The notes: generated by a model not told the origin, from the sequence alone. 64,000 bases of DNA from Tubiluchus corallicola (GCA_030141605.1 JAQGDQ010000701.1:1-64000); one strand, 5' to 3'. Shown: positions 52,512-64,000, counted from the stretch's first letter. Made by a program: numbers and translations.

Positions 52512-53070
52512 TTAAAGTCACAATCAGTTCACGCTTGGGTGCTCCCATTTTGAACGCCCATTCTTCCTCCAATGACGTCGTTCGAAGACCAAAGAAAAGC
52601 AGCACACTGCCAATTTCTGTTGAAAGCAAAATAAGTTTTTACAAAAAATTAAATAAACAATTAAGTTTTGTAATAATTGTTTTGCATGAATATTAAGGAA
52701 GTGGCACAAGTTTGAAATAGCTAACCAGCACACATTTACGGAAAGCCATAATGCGCTTGCCAAAAGTCACAGAGCCCACCAGTTATGTCATAATTTTCAT
52801 GTGAACAGCGGTTATTACCACGATTTAAAGTTTCTATACAGGGGTAGTATAAATTAACTTTGTGCTTTATAGACGTCGTTTTTGCAAATTTCTTTGTCAT
52901 AGTTTTCTATGTTTAGGTGATAACAGTAAAATAAACCCAACAAGCTAAGCGCCTTGTCCTTTCCTTTATTAAATGAATGGATGCTCACAGCGATTTTAAC
53001 ATGGCGAAGGAAACAGCTTTTGTTGGTCAAAGGAAGAAGCAACACGCAAACAACATTTATTGCACTTTAA
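52512..53070. mobile_element. Kolobok-like MITE
   Basis: TTAAAGTCACAAT ... ATTGCACTTTAA; interior resembles 32220-32560. Confidence 0.55.
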
Positions 53071-54756
53071 TGTACAATTAAAAATAATGAAAACACGATA
53101 CAAAATATGCGCATAGAATGCTTTGTTAAAAATGAAAACAAATTTAATTATTTCTTATGTCCTGCCAAACGAACGTTGATACCGCCATATATTTCAAAAG
53201 AATGACGTAAGCTGGTGTATGCTGGGCAGCGTGAATGCTGTGAAGGCAAGCTGTGTGAATGTACGCGTTGCAAAATTTCTACAGTTGTGTTCTGATGTTG
53301 TGTTTAACTGTGTTTATTTAGAAATTAGTCATTCGATCAATTATGATCAAATTTAAAGTTGTTACATTGCTTTAATCTACAGCATTACACCTTAAAATGG
53401 GTAAGTAATTAACATTAATTGTGTACAGATTTTTCTCAACTTTTAGATGCGCATATAAACTTGCCAGCACGTTTACAGAATTTGCTCTATAAGTGTTTAT
53501 ATTGCACGGAAACTGGATGATGCCATTTTTCATCTAAAATGAGAGCGCACAAGAATAAAGTAATCACAACTTTAAATTGATTTTACTAACTACACGAGAT
53601 GCTTATCACAATTTTATTGCTGAAATTTTCAATTTTTATCTCATATATTCACATATTAAAATAAGCTCAACTTCACGTGAGACTTGGCGTTTTCTTTAAT
53701 TTGAGAAGCGTCGCATCTAAGAAGATATATCATTGACAGTGCAACATATTAGGTTCCGTTCCTGCCGCCACCATAGGTATAGTAAGAATTGGTCTTGCTA
53801 AAAAGTGCTCAACAATGGCTCACAGTGCTCTGTTTTTATTATTGGAGTAATTAAGCATAATAATTATAAGTAGTAAAACCAAATGTGGCAAGAAAAAGAC
53901 AGCTAAAGTTTTAAATCTTAAATCTTAATAAAGACAGCTAAATGTATATTAGCAAACAGTAAATATTAGTATAAGTGATCGCATCTCTTCAAGCCTGGGA
54001 GACTGGTCTGCTTTATAAACACCCAATATATCTGAAGGTAATGATCCACGTATAGGCCTTGAACCACACAACAATGCTCTACAATTATAATCACATTTTC
54101 GTCAAATTCATTTGGCATCGTAATACGTTCTAGCTAATCGAAGAAGGACTTAATTTGAATAATTTCTTCTAATCCAAAGTTTTTATTTCATTTTATTTTA
54201 TATTCCTGAAAAAATTGTGGCATTAAATTTTTCTATTATGTACGTGCACTTAGCTGACTGTTTCACGAGCATGTGTTATGTTAGAATATTGAATTTTTGC
54301 AATTGTTAATACTGTAACTATAATTGTAGTTCTACAGTCCTGACTCCACACAATTATACAGAAATATCGAAAAGAGATGCCAAAAAAATCGAAAATATTT
54401 TTTTACATCATGATTTAATATAATTTATTTTTTATGCGTTTTTATGGCATAATAAATCTTAATATATTTACAGCAAAATTTAGAGTATATTTTTAGCCTA
54501 ATCATTTCCTTAAGTCTCAATTCAAGGACTAACAGTGCGTCAGCACTCATCAGTCATAGATACATTTTTTTGGTATGGGTAACAAACAAACGCAAGAGCA
54601 AATCTCCTAGTGCGTGAAATCCGTGAATGCGCAGTAAAACATGTGGTATTTACATGGTGCAAAAAAAACAGTAATTTTTTGTTATTTCACTAATTTTGTA
54701 TCCTTACTTTAATTAGTAGGCACTAACAAGTTCAGTGACGCAGAAATCTCTTTATA

Positions 54757-55362
54757 ATGAAGCGCGGTGACTTACAAATGTGTATAACAAAAAAGGATGG
54801 CGGAAAGATACAGCTGACATATCCTGGTCCTCGAAGTGAAAGTGCCCTGGGTAACGGGAGTGGTGATTCCAATACGCATAGTATTTGCAGTAATTATTAC
54901 AAACTACTAATTAACTCCTGTCGCGAATTGCAAGAGAAATCTAACCAAATCGTTACAGAAATAGTTGACGACGAAAAAAGCAAAAGCAGTGCGGCTCACG
55001 TTTTTCCAGGCAGCGTGGAATCAGAATTCAGTGAATCGTCTGATGAAGGTACTGCAACCAAGCAAATCTCCTTCTGACTGCTAATTGTTGTCATGTTAGA
55101 TACACAAAATAAGTTTTCTTGTAGCTCTTTCTCTTTGTAAGTGTACAGTTTGTTCCTCTCATATTTTGTTTGTGACTGTGCGATGAATTATAAACTCAAA
55201 AAATTAAAAAATGCTAGCACTTATTATTGTTTATTGCACTTATTTTGTCTCTCTTCCATCTGATGATTATGGCAGCTCAAAGAATTATCAATTTTTCTGT
55301 TGCTTTTAGGTTCAGAAGAAGATGTGAAGACACAGCCGCAACTGAAAAAGCAAAAATCTTGA
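54757..55362 (+). CDS. GON7: GON7-like EKC/KEOPS complex subunit, 114 aa
   Basis: Exons 54757-55048 and 55310-55362 (345 nt). YYKLLINSCRELQEKSNQIVTEIVDDEK resembles the Gon7 helix (L..LQ...N..LT....EK); an acidic tract and terminal PQLKKQKS recall vertebrate GON7. Recognised by pattern only. Confidence 0.62.
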
Positions 55363-55918
55363 AATAGACAAAATTATCCTCTGTTAGCTGTTATTCTAGA
55401 CTACTTAAAGTATGACCTATTTATTACATACAATGACTATGTGTCGTATGATGTAACTCAATAAGCCTTTTTACAGTTCCAGCGATTGATGATGATCGTG
55501 AAAAGGTCAAAGATTAAGTAGACAACGCCATTGCGTACATCTGACAAACCATCGTAGACCTTACTATTGTAATAGTAACATGTTTTAACAAAGTCGCTAG
55601 AACCTTACATGGTTCATTTTTCTTGTTCCCAAGCAAGATCCTGCTAGTAAATCACTCTATGCACAGACTAATGCATAAATAAGTAAAGTCCACGTAAAAC
55701 AACTGAAGTTCCTGAACTGGTGATGTGGACGACTTTGCTTTACTCGCATGTCACATGACGGCTGCAGTTAAGTGTTGCTGTGGTATCTACACTTTGACCT
55801 GCAGTAATTGTGCATACGCACAACGAAACTGTGAAAAGGCTTATTATTATTAATACTTTATGAAAATGAACATTGTCATGCTTTATTAAAAGCATTGTTA
55901 TATTAACAGCATTTCCAG

Positions 55919-56786
55919 ATGTCAGCATTTAGCAATGAGCCGCCCATTAACTTTTCATGGATAGATGACAAGTTGGCTGCCTGTGCTTTTCCCAGCACAG
56001 TGGGGCAGCTGAAATGGCTGCATTCACAAGGAATTACTCTACTTGTTAACTTGGCCGCTGAAAAGAGGGTGGGCATTGAAGCTTGTCCTGGTCTCACTTG
56101 TATTGACATAAAAATCAGGTAAGGCAATGAATTACTATATTACCTAGCTATATTAATGCAAAACTGGACCCAATCTTAAAATGTATGACAAAACAATCTA
56201 CTCTTTAAATATTCAAAGAGATACTATTTTTTCAAAAATGACGTGAAAGAATTATTACCACACAAACACTATTTTGCGTTCGTGCCACTAGTTTCTCGCA
56301 TTTTACATTTAAGATGAAACGATTTTTTTTTCGAATATGCACACTTCTGAAAAATAGGCCAAGTGTTGCTCTGAGGAATATACCATGACAGAACAGGAAG
56401 CTCACTCTTTCTCCTTTCAGTCTGCAGATCAAGATTTGATTTTCTTATTGACATGAAATGCATTTCAGTTCACTATTCCTTGTGATTGCTACAGTAAAAA
56501 ATATTTCAGAAACTTTGGAGTGCCGACGCTGCGTCAAGTCGAGGATTTCTTGCATTTACTGAAGAGGACGACAGAAAAAGGAGATGCCGTAGCCGTGTGT
56601 TGTCTCATGGGACGTGGTCGAACTGGAGTTATGCTTGCCTGTTATCTACTGCACAAAAATCGATGCTCGGCAGAAGAGGCAATACGTACGGTCCGAACTC
56701 TTCGACCTCGATCTATCGATAGTAAGAAACAGGAGGAATTTATGGAACTGTGGGAGAAACACATTTTGTGCAGCAGTAAAGTTTGA
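55919..56786 (+). CDS. DUSP23: Dual-specificity phosphatase 23 (VHZ)-like, 158 aa
   Basis: Exons 55919-56118 and 56510-56786 (477 nt); PPINFSW, CPGLT, AVAVCCLMGRGRTGVMLACYL and AIRTVRTLRPRSID are colinear with DUSP23. Confidence 0.9.
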
Positions 56787-56817
56787 AGCAAGAATTTTTG
56801 TATAATCACTGTGCGGT

Positions 56818-57342
56818 CAGTGGCAGCTTGTAGCTAAGATTAGTGGCTGCGCTGCTTTCAGAATATTTTAATATTGTGTGAAAACTTAAACTGTGAAGTT
56901 CGCTTACAGCCACGGAACTTATTTTTTGGAGATGCAACGAGCCCATGATTAAACTATTTAAATTGAAAACTGTGAATTAAATAGGAGGAGGCATTAATTA
57001 AACAGAATAGCTGGAGGTATCATTATCATCTAATTCTACACAATCACATTCAAGAATATAGTACACGGTTTTTAAGAACAGCACACGCTGAGTCGGCACT
57101 GCGTGAGTGACAGTGCTTTCCCTACGCAGCTTCTTATCTCGGGCATGTGCACATGGCTGCATACACACAACAGCCAAACACCGCACCGCTGGAATTGTGA
57201 AACGCGCAGTTCCGTCACGTGCTGTGATTCCGTACAAGGATTTGCAAGTATAAAGATTGAATTAAAGGAAAAAGATTCGTTATATTGAGTGAAAATAGGA
57301 AGTGTAGCAGTTTCACAGTACCTATAACATGAGCCACCACTG
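56818..57342 (+). mobile_element. hAT-like MITE (CAGTGGC family) just downstream of the DUSP23 stop
   Basis: CAGTGGCAGCTT ... GAGCCACCACTG; homologous to 50846-51389. Confidence 0.8.
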
Positions 57343-57868
57343 CGTACGATTCACTCATGTTCATGGGTCTGAAGCAAGCCGTAGCGTGAAGGCTAATGAT
57401 GTATCAGAAACAACTGATAGTCCCTGATTTAGAATTCGGACTTGCATGGAATGTGAGTAAGAAGTAAACTACTGTGCAATGTGAAAAACTACAAGTAAAA
57501 TCAATGTTGAATAGCTGAATGCATAAAAAACAATAGTTATTCTCAAATACTGTATTTTATTTGCAATAATATTCACATCCATGCATCTCCTGTAACAATT
57601 AACACTTATCAGTTTATACTGCTGGTGATATTACCATATTATGTTTACACATCCCTGATGGGGAAATTATTTGCTTGTATTCTCTTTTGTGGATAGATTG
57701 CTTACTGATTCAACCCATCATGGCATGTGTATACTAGGTTGTTGCATTCTGGGATTACAGCTCACGCGAGCTTGTTTTGTAAGCAGCAACTGATTTTACA
57801 ATAGCTATAATAATGTGTAAGGATGGCTTGTGTGCAGCAGTTTTTTAGCTGGACGAATATTTGATATA

Positions 57869-58317
57869 CAGTCAACCTCAGATATAACAGGGACACTTCC
57901 GGATCGGAAAAAATCCTCCCTTATATCAGATGTCCCTTATAGCCGAAGTTGAGTTAGACCGAGGGTGTATCTAGACCGGTACTTTTACCCATATTTTTAT
58001 GGATTATTGCTACGCATTCAGTGCAAATGGTATGTAGGAAGCTCCTTGAGTGATGCAAGATGTATGTGACCGCAGAAACCGAGTTGTTCGAAGGCCGGGT
58101 TAGCAAGAAATTGAGGTTAAAAATCGATCAATTTCGCTTTGATCATAGGGTTCCTTATATGTGAGGTAATTTACCTGGGTTTCTAAAACGCGGGACCTGA
58201 AGATATCGTCCCTTATATCTGAGTACCTTATATACAAAGATATACAAACGTTACGAAAAACTGGGACCGGCGTTGGAGGTCCCTTATAAGCGAGCACCTT
58301 ATACCCAAGGTTGACTG
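57869..58317 (+). mobile_element. Tigger-like MITE, copy of 34705-35171
   Basis: TA-CAGTCAACCT ... AGGTTGACTG-TA. Confidence 0.85.
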
Positions 58318-59451
58318 TAAATACATTATTATAATGAAGCGATTCATTAGTATTTAAGTTCCAATTATTTCTTCTGCTCTAACTTTACATTTCTGTCGTA
58401 TTTCATAAACTTTTACATCATACTATAACATGGTCTTCCACAAAGTTTTTAAATTAAATGACATAGGTAAACAAAAAACAAAACATATAATAGGACATTA
58501 GTAATATCATAGGAATGTAAAGTCTGTCGATTACGATAAATAATGTCATCAGATACAGTACTCATCACTCTCCATTTTGAAGCCAAACAAATCCATAAGC
58601 CTGCTTCTTAGGTTAAAAAAGTAAGAGATTATTAAGTTAGACCATGAAGTCACAATATTACACATTTTGTAAGCAATTTATGTTCCATCACGTACGTCAC
58701 CTTCATGTCTTACATAACAATTATAGACGGTATGTAATTCTTTATTTATACATAGTAAAGTGCTTCATAACTAACAAATTTGCATAAGGATGTGACTAAA
58801 CTCAGCAGCAGTACCTGAAACCAACAAACATTTGTTTGCGAGTACAAATACTAATAGTGTATAGTAGTATGACTTTATACTTATTACGTGCAATAAGTGG
58901 GAAGAATATGCACACTCTATTTAGCATTTTACTTACATTTTACGTTAACAGAATCTTTGAGTGGTACGTAAATTTTATTCTAATTACGTTCTTGATTATC
59001 AGTTAAGTTTAATCTTTATCACATATCATCTTATCAGGCAACAAACAAACATTAAGTTTTGATAACAAACAATGTTTAACTTCGATGGACAAACAATGTT
59101 CGCAGTTGTTTGACAAACAACGCTAACAGCTGTTGGATAAACAATGCTAGTAGCTGCTAAACAAACAATGCCTAGCCTTGGTGCATACATTTAGTTGTTG
59201 AACAAACAATGCTAACAGTAGAAGAGCAAATAATGTTATTATTATGTTCATTCTGCTAGAACAAACAGTGTTCTAGTCTGGTCACAAAACACTGCTTAAG
59301 TTTGTTAAAAAGAATGCTAGTGCTGCCATCATACGAGTTCCACTGGAACCATGTGACACAAAAATAACAACAATACGTTACATATGATTGCTGCTGTCAT
59401 ACTTGACTATTGTGTTTGCTGTTTGTAAGACTGACGAATTCTGATCAGCCA

Positions 59452-61131
59452 TCATTGCCATAGATTAGTGGACAGTGTCTGACCAGCGGCTACAGCTTGA
59501 CCACTTTGACCGGTTGCTACCCAGTTGGGGTTTTGCATGACAGGCTGTGTGCCTGGATTACTCATTTTCATATTTGCCAACTGCTGCTGGATCTACAAGA
59601 AAAACAAGCGAACTGTTAAAATTGCTCCAACAACAACAACATTAAATGAATTCAGATCCAAATCCACAAGTATTACCGTGTGGATGGTTACCACTTTGCT
59701 CCACTTGTCACAAGTAATACCCCAACAAAATTAAATGAATTCAGATCCAAATCCACAAGTATTACCATGTGGATGGTTACCACTTTGCTCCACTTGTCAC
59801 AAGTAATACCCCAACAACATGAAATGAATTCAGATCCAAATCCACAAGTATTACCGTGTGGATGGTTACCACTTGACTATGCCTTGTCTAGTGTGGTTTA
59901 TTAGTTTGCCCTAATGTCCACATTTTGGCTCCTGTCTCAGGCCTTTAAAAAACCTGTTTTTCTAAGCAAAAAAATGATACCACCGTCTCAGACCCTACCC
60001 CGTGTGTCTACTGCGCAAATTTCATGACATTGTGCTGCAATTTACGAACTATTCAATGTTGATGTCTAACACAAACAATGAAGTGATGAAAAATCGGCAT
60101 ATAAGAATGTGCGGCTTCCAGATTTAAAATTACAATCATTGAATTTTGCTTTAATGTAAAAGGTTTGATGCAAGCAAATTGGTTTATTTCTGCATTTTAG
60201 TATTAGACAATTGTACACATGCTATTATAACTTCATAATTGGGAAAATGTTATGTATTATATAAGTGTAGCTTGCTTGGAAAAGTCAACTGGCTCAATTT
60301 AATGTTTAAAACAAATCTATCAAGAAAGCTTTGAATAATGGAACGTGCAATTTTTTTATTGAGCCATTTGGCTCTTCCAAGCAAGCTACATTTACACTTA
60401 CCCAATTATAAAGTTATAATATCGTGTGTACAATAGTATCGCAGTCCAGAAACAATTTTGTTTGCATATTTCCTCCACATGTTACTAACCAGGGTTTAGA
60501 TGCCTCGGGAATAAATTGTTTTTTAAATCGGAAGAATTTTTACATAAGCACGTAAATAAATAAAATGATAAAATAAATTAAAGAACCTGAAATAATTCTG
60601 ACAACTTGGCTCAAACTTACGTCTTGTAGATTTGAGAATATTGGTTCTAAGTAGTATTCATTAAAAAAACCCTTTAATTTCATTACATTTTTTACTCGCA
60701 AGTTTAGAAATTACTACATTTGCTGCTAAGAGCTCCATCAATGCAGCGAAAAGGCCAGACAGAGATTTAACGAAGACAAATTTATCACTCTGTGAAAGCT
60801 CAACCAATTAAAAATCCCCAAAAACCTTGCTCTCCCACAGGGAGTCGCACTCGTGTTGGTCTAGTAATCGTAACCTCACATAAAAATTAATTTTCAGGGT
60901 TGGATATTCACTGAAGGAACTTCAAAAGCTCTACCGATGTAAAAAGGTACATACTCTATGCAAGGCTATAATTTATAATGCTATGTATGCGTAATCAATT
61001 AGAACAATTTGTAACAAGTTTACCTGCTGTAAATGTTGCTGCTGCTGCTGCTGATACTGCACATTGTATGAGCCGGGTCGTCCCATCATGCTAGGCGGCT
61101 GTGTATATGGTCCTGACATGTTTGCTGGATT
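59452..61131 (-). CDS. SMAP1: Last two coding exons of an SMAP1/SMAP2-type small ArfGAP; the gene continues beyond the window
   Basis: Exons 61024-61131 (NPANMSGPY..QQQQQQHLQQ) and 59452-59592 (IQQQLANMKM..GQTLSTNLWQ*); the C-terminus matches the SMAP motif GQTLSTQLWK. The ArfGAP domain is not in the window. Confidence 0.8.
59635..59875. repeat. 89-90-bp tandem repeat, ~2.7 copies
   Basis: AAATGAATTCAGATCCAAATCC at 59644, 59733 and 59823. Confidence 0.92.
60170..60465. repeat. Long imperfect inverted repeat (foldback MITE)
   Basis: ATTGTACACATGCTATTATAACTTCATAATTGGG and TGTAGCTTGCTTGGAAAAGTCAACTGGCTCAAT pair with 60358-60434. Confidence 0.85.
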
Positions 61132-61384
61132 CTGTGCAGGTAAAAAACAGGTTTAAAGCACAAGAAAACCATCCACTTACATAAAGCTTAAAAAATTCGT
61201 CTCGAAATTTTATACCTCTTATGTACTAACTTTTCGTATGCAGTGCTTGCATCGGCCGTAATGCTGTATAAAACGTGCAAATTTAAACTCCCGCGATGAT
61301 CGTTAGGTGCAGCCCTTTTGATGGTAGGTCATTTGAAACAAGTTTGGATAACATTAAGCTGTCAATAAGATTAAAAATACGTTT

Positions 61385-61760
61385 TTGGTTAGTAAGTGAT
61401 GCACCCTGGAGGGTGAGTCAGCGACAGTTTACCAATTGGTGAAAGTATTTTAAATTATTATTTCTAGTTACACAAGTCTTTCCAACAGGTAAGCAAAATG
61501 CTAAGTAATATAGATTTGCATGCAATATTTTTGTGAAATAGTTTAACATTTCCTTTTGTTCCCCTAATTTACGTTTGCATAGTGACATCATGTAATGGCG
61601 CGGCCGGAACAGTATTGCGGGAGATTTAAAATGAAAACAAACAAAAATTCCTTTCAACGCGAGTACGATATGTGCATGAAACTGCTGTAAACTGGTATAA
61701 ATTTTTCAAGGTGATTTTTCTGAAACCTACTACAGGTGCCCCGTTTCTTGTCCTTTTAAG
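61385..61760 (-). mobile_element. Inverted copy of the 28905-29285 repeat
   Basis: Reverse-complement similarity throughout. Confidence 0.75.
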
Positions 61761-62169
61761 TCGGCATTAAAAAATTAATTAGCAGAAATTCTTCACGCAG
61801 AAGCACTTAATATACTGTAAAAGATATAGAGATTTTGTAAAGAATTGACAGCATAACTTTGCTCACTTTGTGCACATTCTGCAACAAATTTTAGACTTAC
61901 TAATAATACATATTCTAGTTACAAATAAAACCTTAGCTGCTAAGCATGACGTCTAGTCACTGAATTTCCTAGCACTTGAAACTGAGTCATTTAGGATATT
62001 TGTAGTGAAAAAATTTGAAACAAACATAATTATATAATGTAGACCATATTTAAAAAACATAAGTTACCAGCTTACATTTCTTTTTTCCCCACAAACCAAA
62101 CTTCTATGATTAGAAGCAGCCCCAAGTCCAACAAAGGTACAAATCAAGAAGCAAAAGACTCAAAAGACC

Positions 62170-63790
62170 GTAAAGCCTAAACACATATGAGACTTAGCCT
62201 GAACAGTATATTGACAAAGCCAAAACATGTGGCCCCTGGTCTGAAGAGCTTACCAACAAATCCAAAACACATGTGGCCCCCAGCTTGAAAAGTGTATAGA
62301 TCAAGCCAAACATATATAGTACCCATGCCGTCTGAAGATAATACCGACAAAGCTAAAACACGTATAGTACAGTAAGCGCCACATAATAGATTCATGGTTA
62401 ATAATCGGTTAATTGACTCAAAAACACCTGGAACGGGCCCCTTCTATTCAAATATACATAAAAAAGTATCCATAATTGACTCAAATAACTCCACTTAATT
62501 GACTCAATATTTTTCCTTCACCTATTTAAAATAAGATATTTGCATGTACCCAAAGAACCTTTCCTACTTTTATGTCATTTTTACTTCCCTTTTGTGCATT
62601 ATGTATGTGCAGAAACAATCATATTAAGTACCGTTTTGTTTGTAAGCAGGTACATTTATCATGCGCTAGTGTAGCGGTTTTTCCTTGAATTTGTTACCCA
62701 CTCACCCACTGTTACCCAAAGAATTTCTGGAAGCTAAACATTTAATCACTTGCCGAGTGGTTTCCTTTTGATGCTCTCGCTGCAAACCACCCTTTTAGCT
62801 TAATCGGTTAACAGTCAAAGATGCAGGTACAGTATAATCAGCGGGTATTCCTCGTGACTTACAAGAGTAAACATCGTACAGCAAATAAGAGCAATGTAAG
62901 TGAGCAGACAATTCAGAACTGTTTTACTCACACACAACAACAGAGTTTCGACGTTTTTATAATTATAAGAACTTTGTGGGCCAACTTCTTCGAGAGAAAA
63001 TGAAGCAGCTGACCTTGAAGGAATTTTTGTAATTTTTGCAAATAAACAGACTTAGAAAAGTATACTTTTTAATTTATTGCTAATTCACTTATATAAATTA
63101 ATATTTTAAAATATTTTTTCTAATTATTAACTGCACAAAGGAATTTAGGGTTTAGTTCGTTTCTAAAACTCATTAAAAACCGTTGCAGTGCATAGTAAGC
63201 TGATGACTCATACTTCTATACTAGTAATACTACACCCATTGGTTAATAGGTTCAGTTGGTTAATTGGGTCAGAACATGTCAGTCCCAAAGTGAGTCTATT
63301 AAGCGGCGCCTACTATAGTCAGAAAAGTATGTTGATAACACCAAAACACGAATGGTACCCAGTCTAAAGAGAATATTGACAAAGCCAAAACACGTAATTT
63401 ACCAAATCTGAAAAGTATGTTGACAAAGCCAAAACATGTGTGGTACCCAGTCTGAAAAGTACATTGACAAAGCCAAAACACCTATGGTACCCAGTCTGAA
63501 AAGAACATTGACAAAGCCAAAACACCTATGGTACCTAGTCTGAAAAGTACATTGACAAAGCCAAAACACCTATGGTACTCAGTCTGAAAAGAACATTGAC
63601 AAAGCCAAAACATGTATGGTACCCACTCTGAAAAGTACATCGACAAAGCCAAAACGCGTATGGTACCCACTCTGAAAAGTACATTGATAATACCAAAACA
63701 CGTATGGTACCCAATCTGAAAAATACATTAACAATGCCAAAACACGTATGGTACCCATTCTGAAAAGTACATTGACAAAGCCAAAACAAA
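62170..63790. repeat. ~43-bp satellite, interrupted by a transposon
   Basis: GTCTGAAAAGTACATTGACAAAGCCAAAACACGTATGGTACCCA; diverged copies at 62170-62369 and homogeneous copies at 63318-63790. Confidence 0.93.
62370..63315 (+). mobile_element. Internally deleted Tigger/pogo element
   Basis: TA-flanked TIRs CAGTAAGCGCCACATAATAGATTCA / TAGTAGGCGCCGCTTAATAGACTCA; transposase remnants VSEQTIQNCF and MKQLTLKEFL*. Confidence 0.8.
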
Positions 63791-64000
63791 TACGCCAACA
63801 CCATGAACAAGGAGAGTGAAAGGAAGGGGGCACACGATCTTTTTGGGCACCAAAATTTGTAAAATTTTAAAACGAGACGTTTTCAAGCAAATGATTGTAA
63901 CAATCAAGCAACAGAAGCAAAGAAGACAAAGACAAATGAACAAGTTAAAGCAAGTGATTGCAAGCAATGCTTAGCAGAAGAAGATCAGTCAAGCCTTTGT

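Noticed and set aside
63299-63967. Several hydrophobic repetitive ORFs on the minus strand
   Set aside because: Translations of the 43-bp satellite.

Overview
AT-rich, transposon-dense metazoan (probably invertebrate) genomic DNA with GT-AG introns; there is no prokaryotic content, CRISPR array or rRNA. Five genes were assembled by hand from splice sites and phase continuity. Minus strand: PAK1IP1/MAK11 (9 coding exons, 17556->3001, 358 aa), an NR2C (TR2/TR4) orphan nuclear receptor (14 coding exons, 45229->20897, 605 aa, putative 5' exons out to ~52030) and the last two coding exons of an SMAP1/2-type ArfGAP (61131->59452). Plus strand: a small GON7-like (KEOPS) ORF (54757-55362) followed 556 bp later by a DUSP23-like phosphatase (55919-56786). 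Introns are filled with Kolobok-like (TTAA), hAT-like and Tigger/pogo-like MITEs, tRNA-derived SINEs, LINE 3' fragments and many minisatellites. Most interesting: (1) an 85-bp tandem array built from an NR2C exon end plus splice donor, forming in-frame cassette pseudo-exons whose variants are all synonymous; (2) an operon-like or bicistronic uORF-TAATG-GON7-DUSP23 unit, in which the DUSP23 lacks its general-acid Asp; (3) a spliced Cys-rich uORF overlapping the NR2C start; (4) DR1 clusters suggesting NR2C autoregulation. All family assignments come from motif recognition, not database searches.
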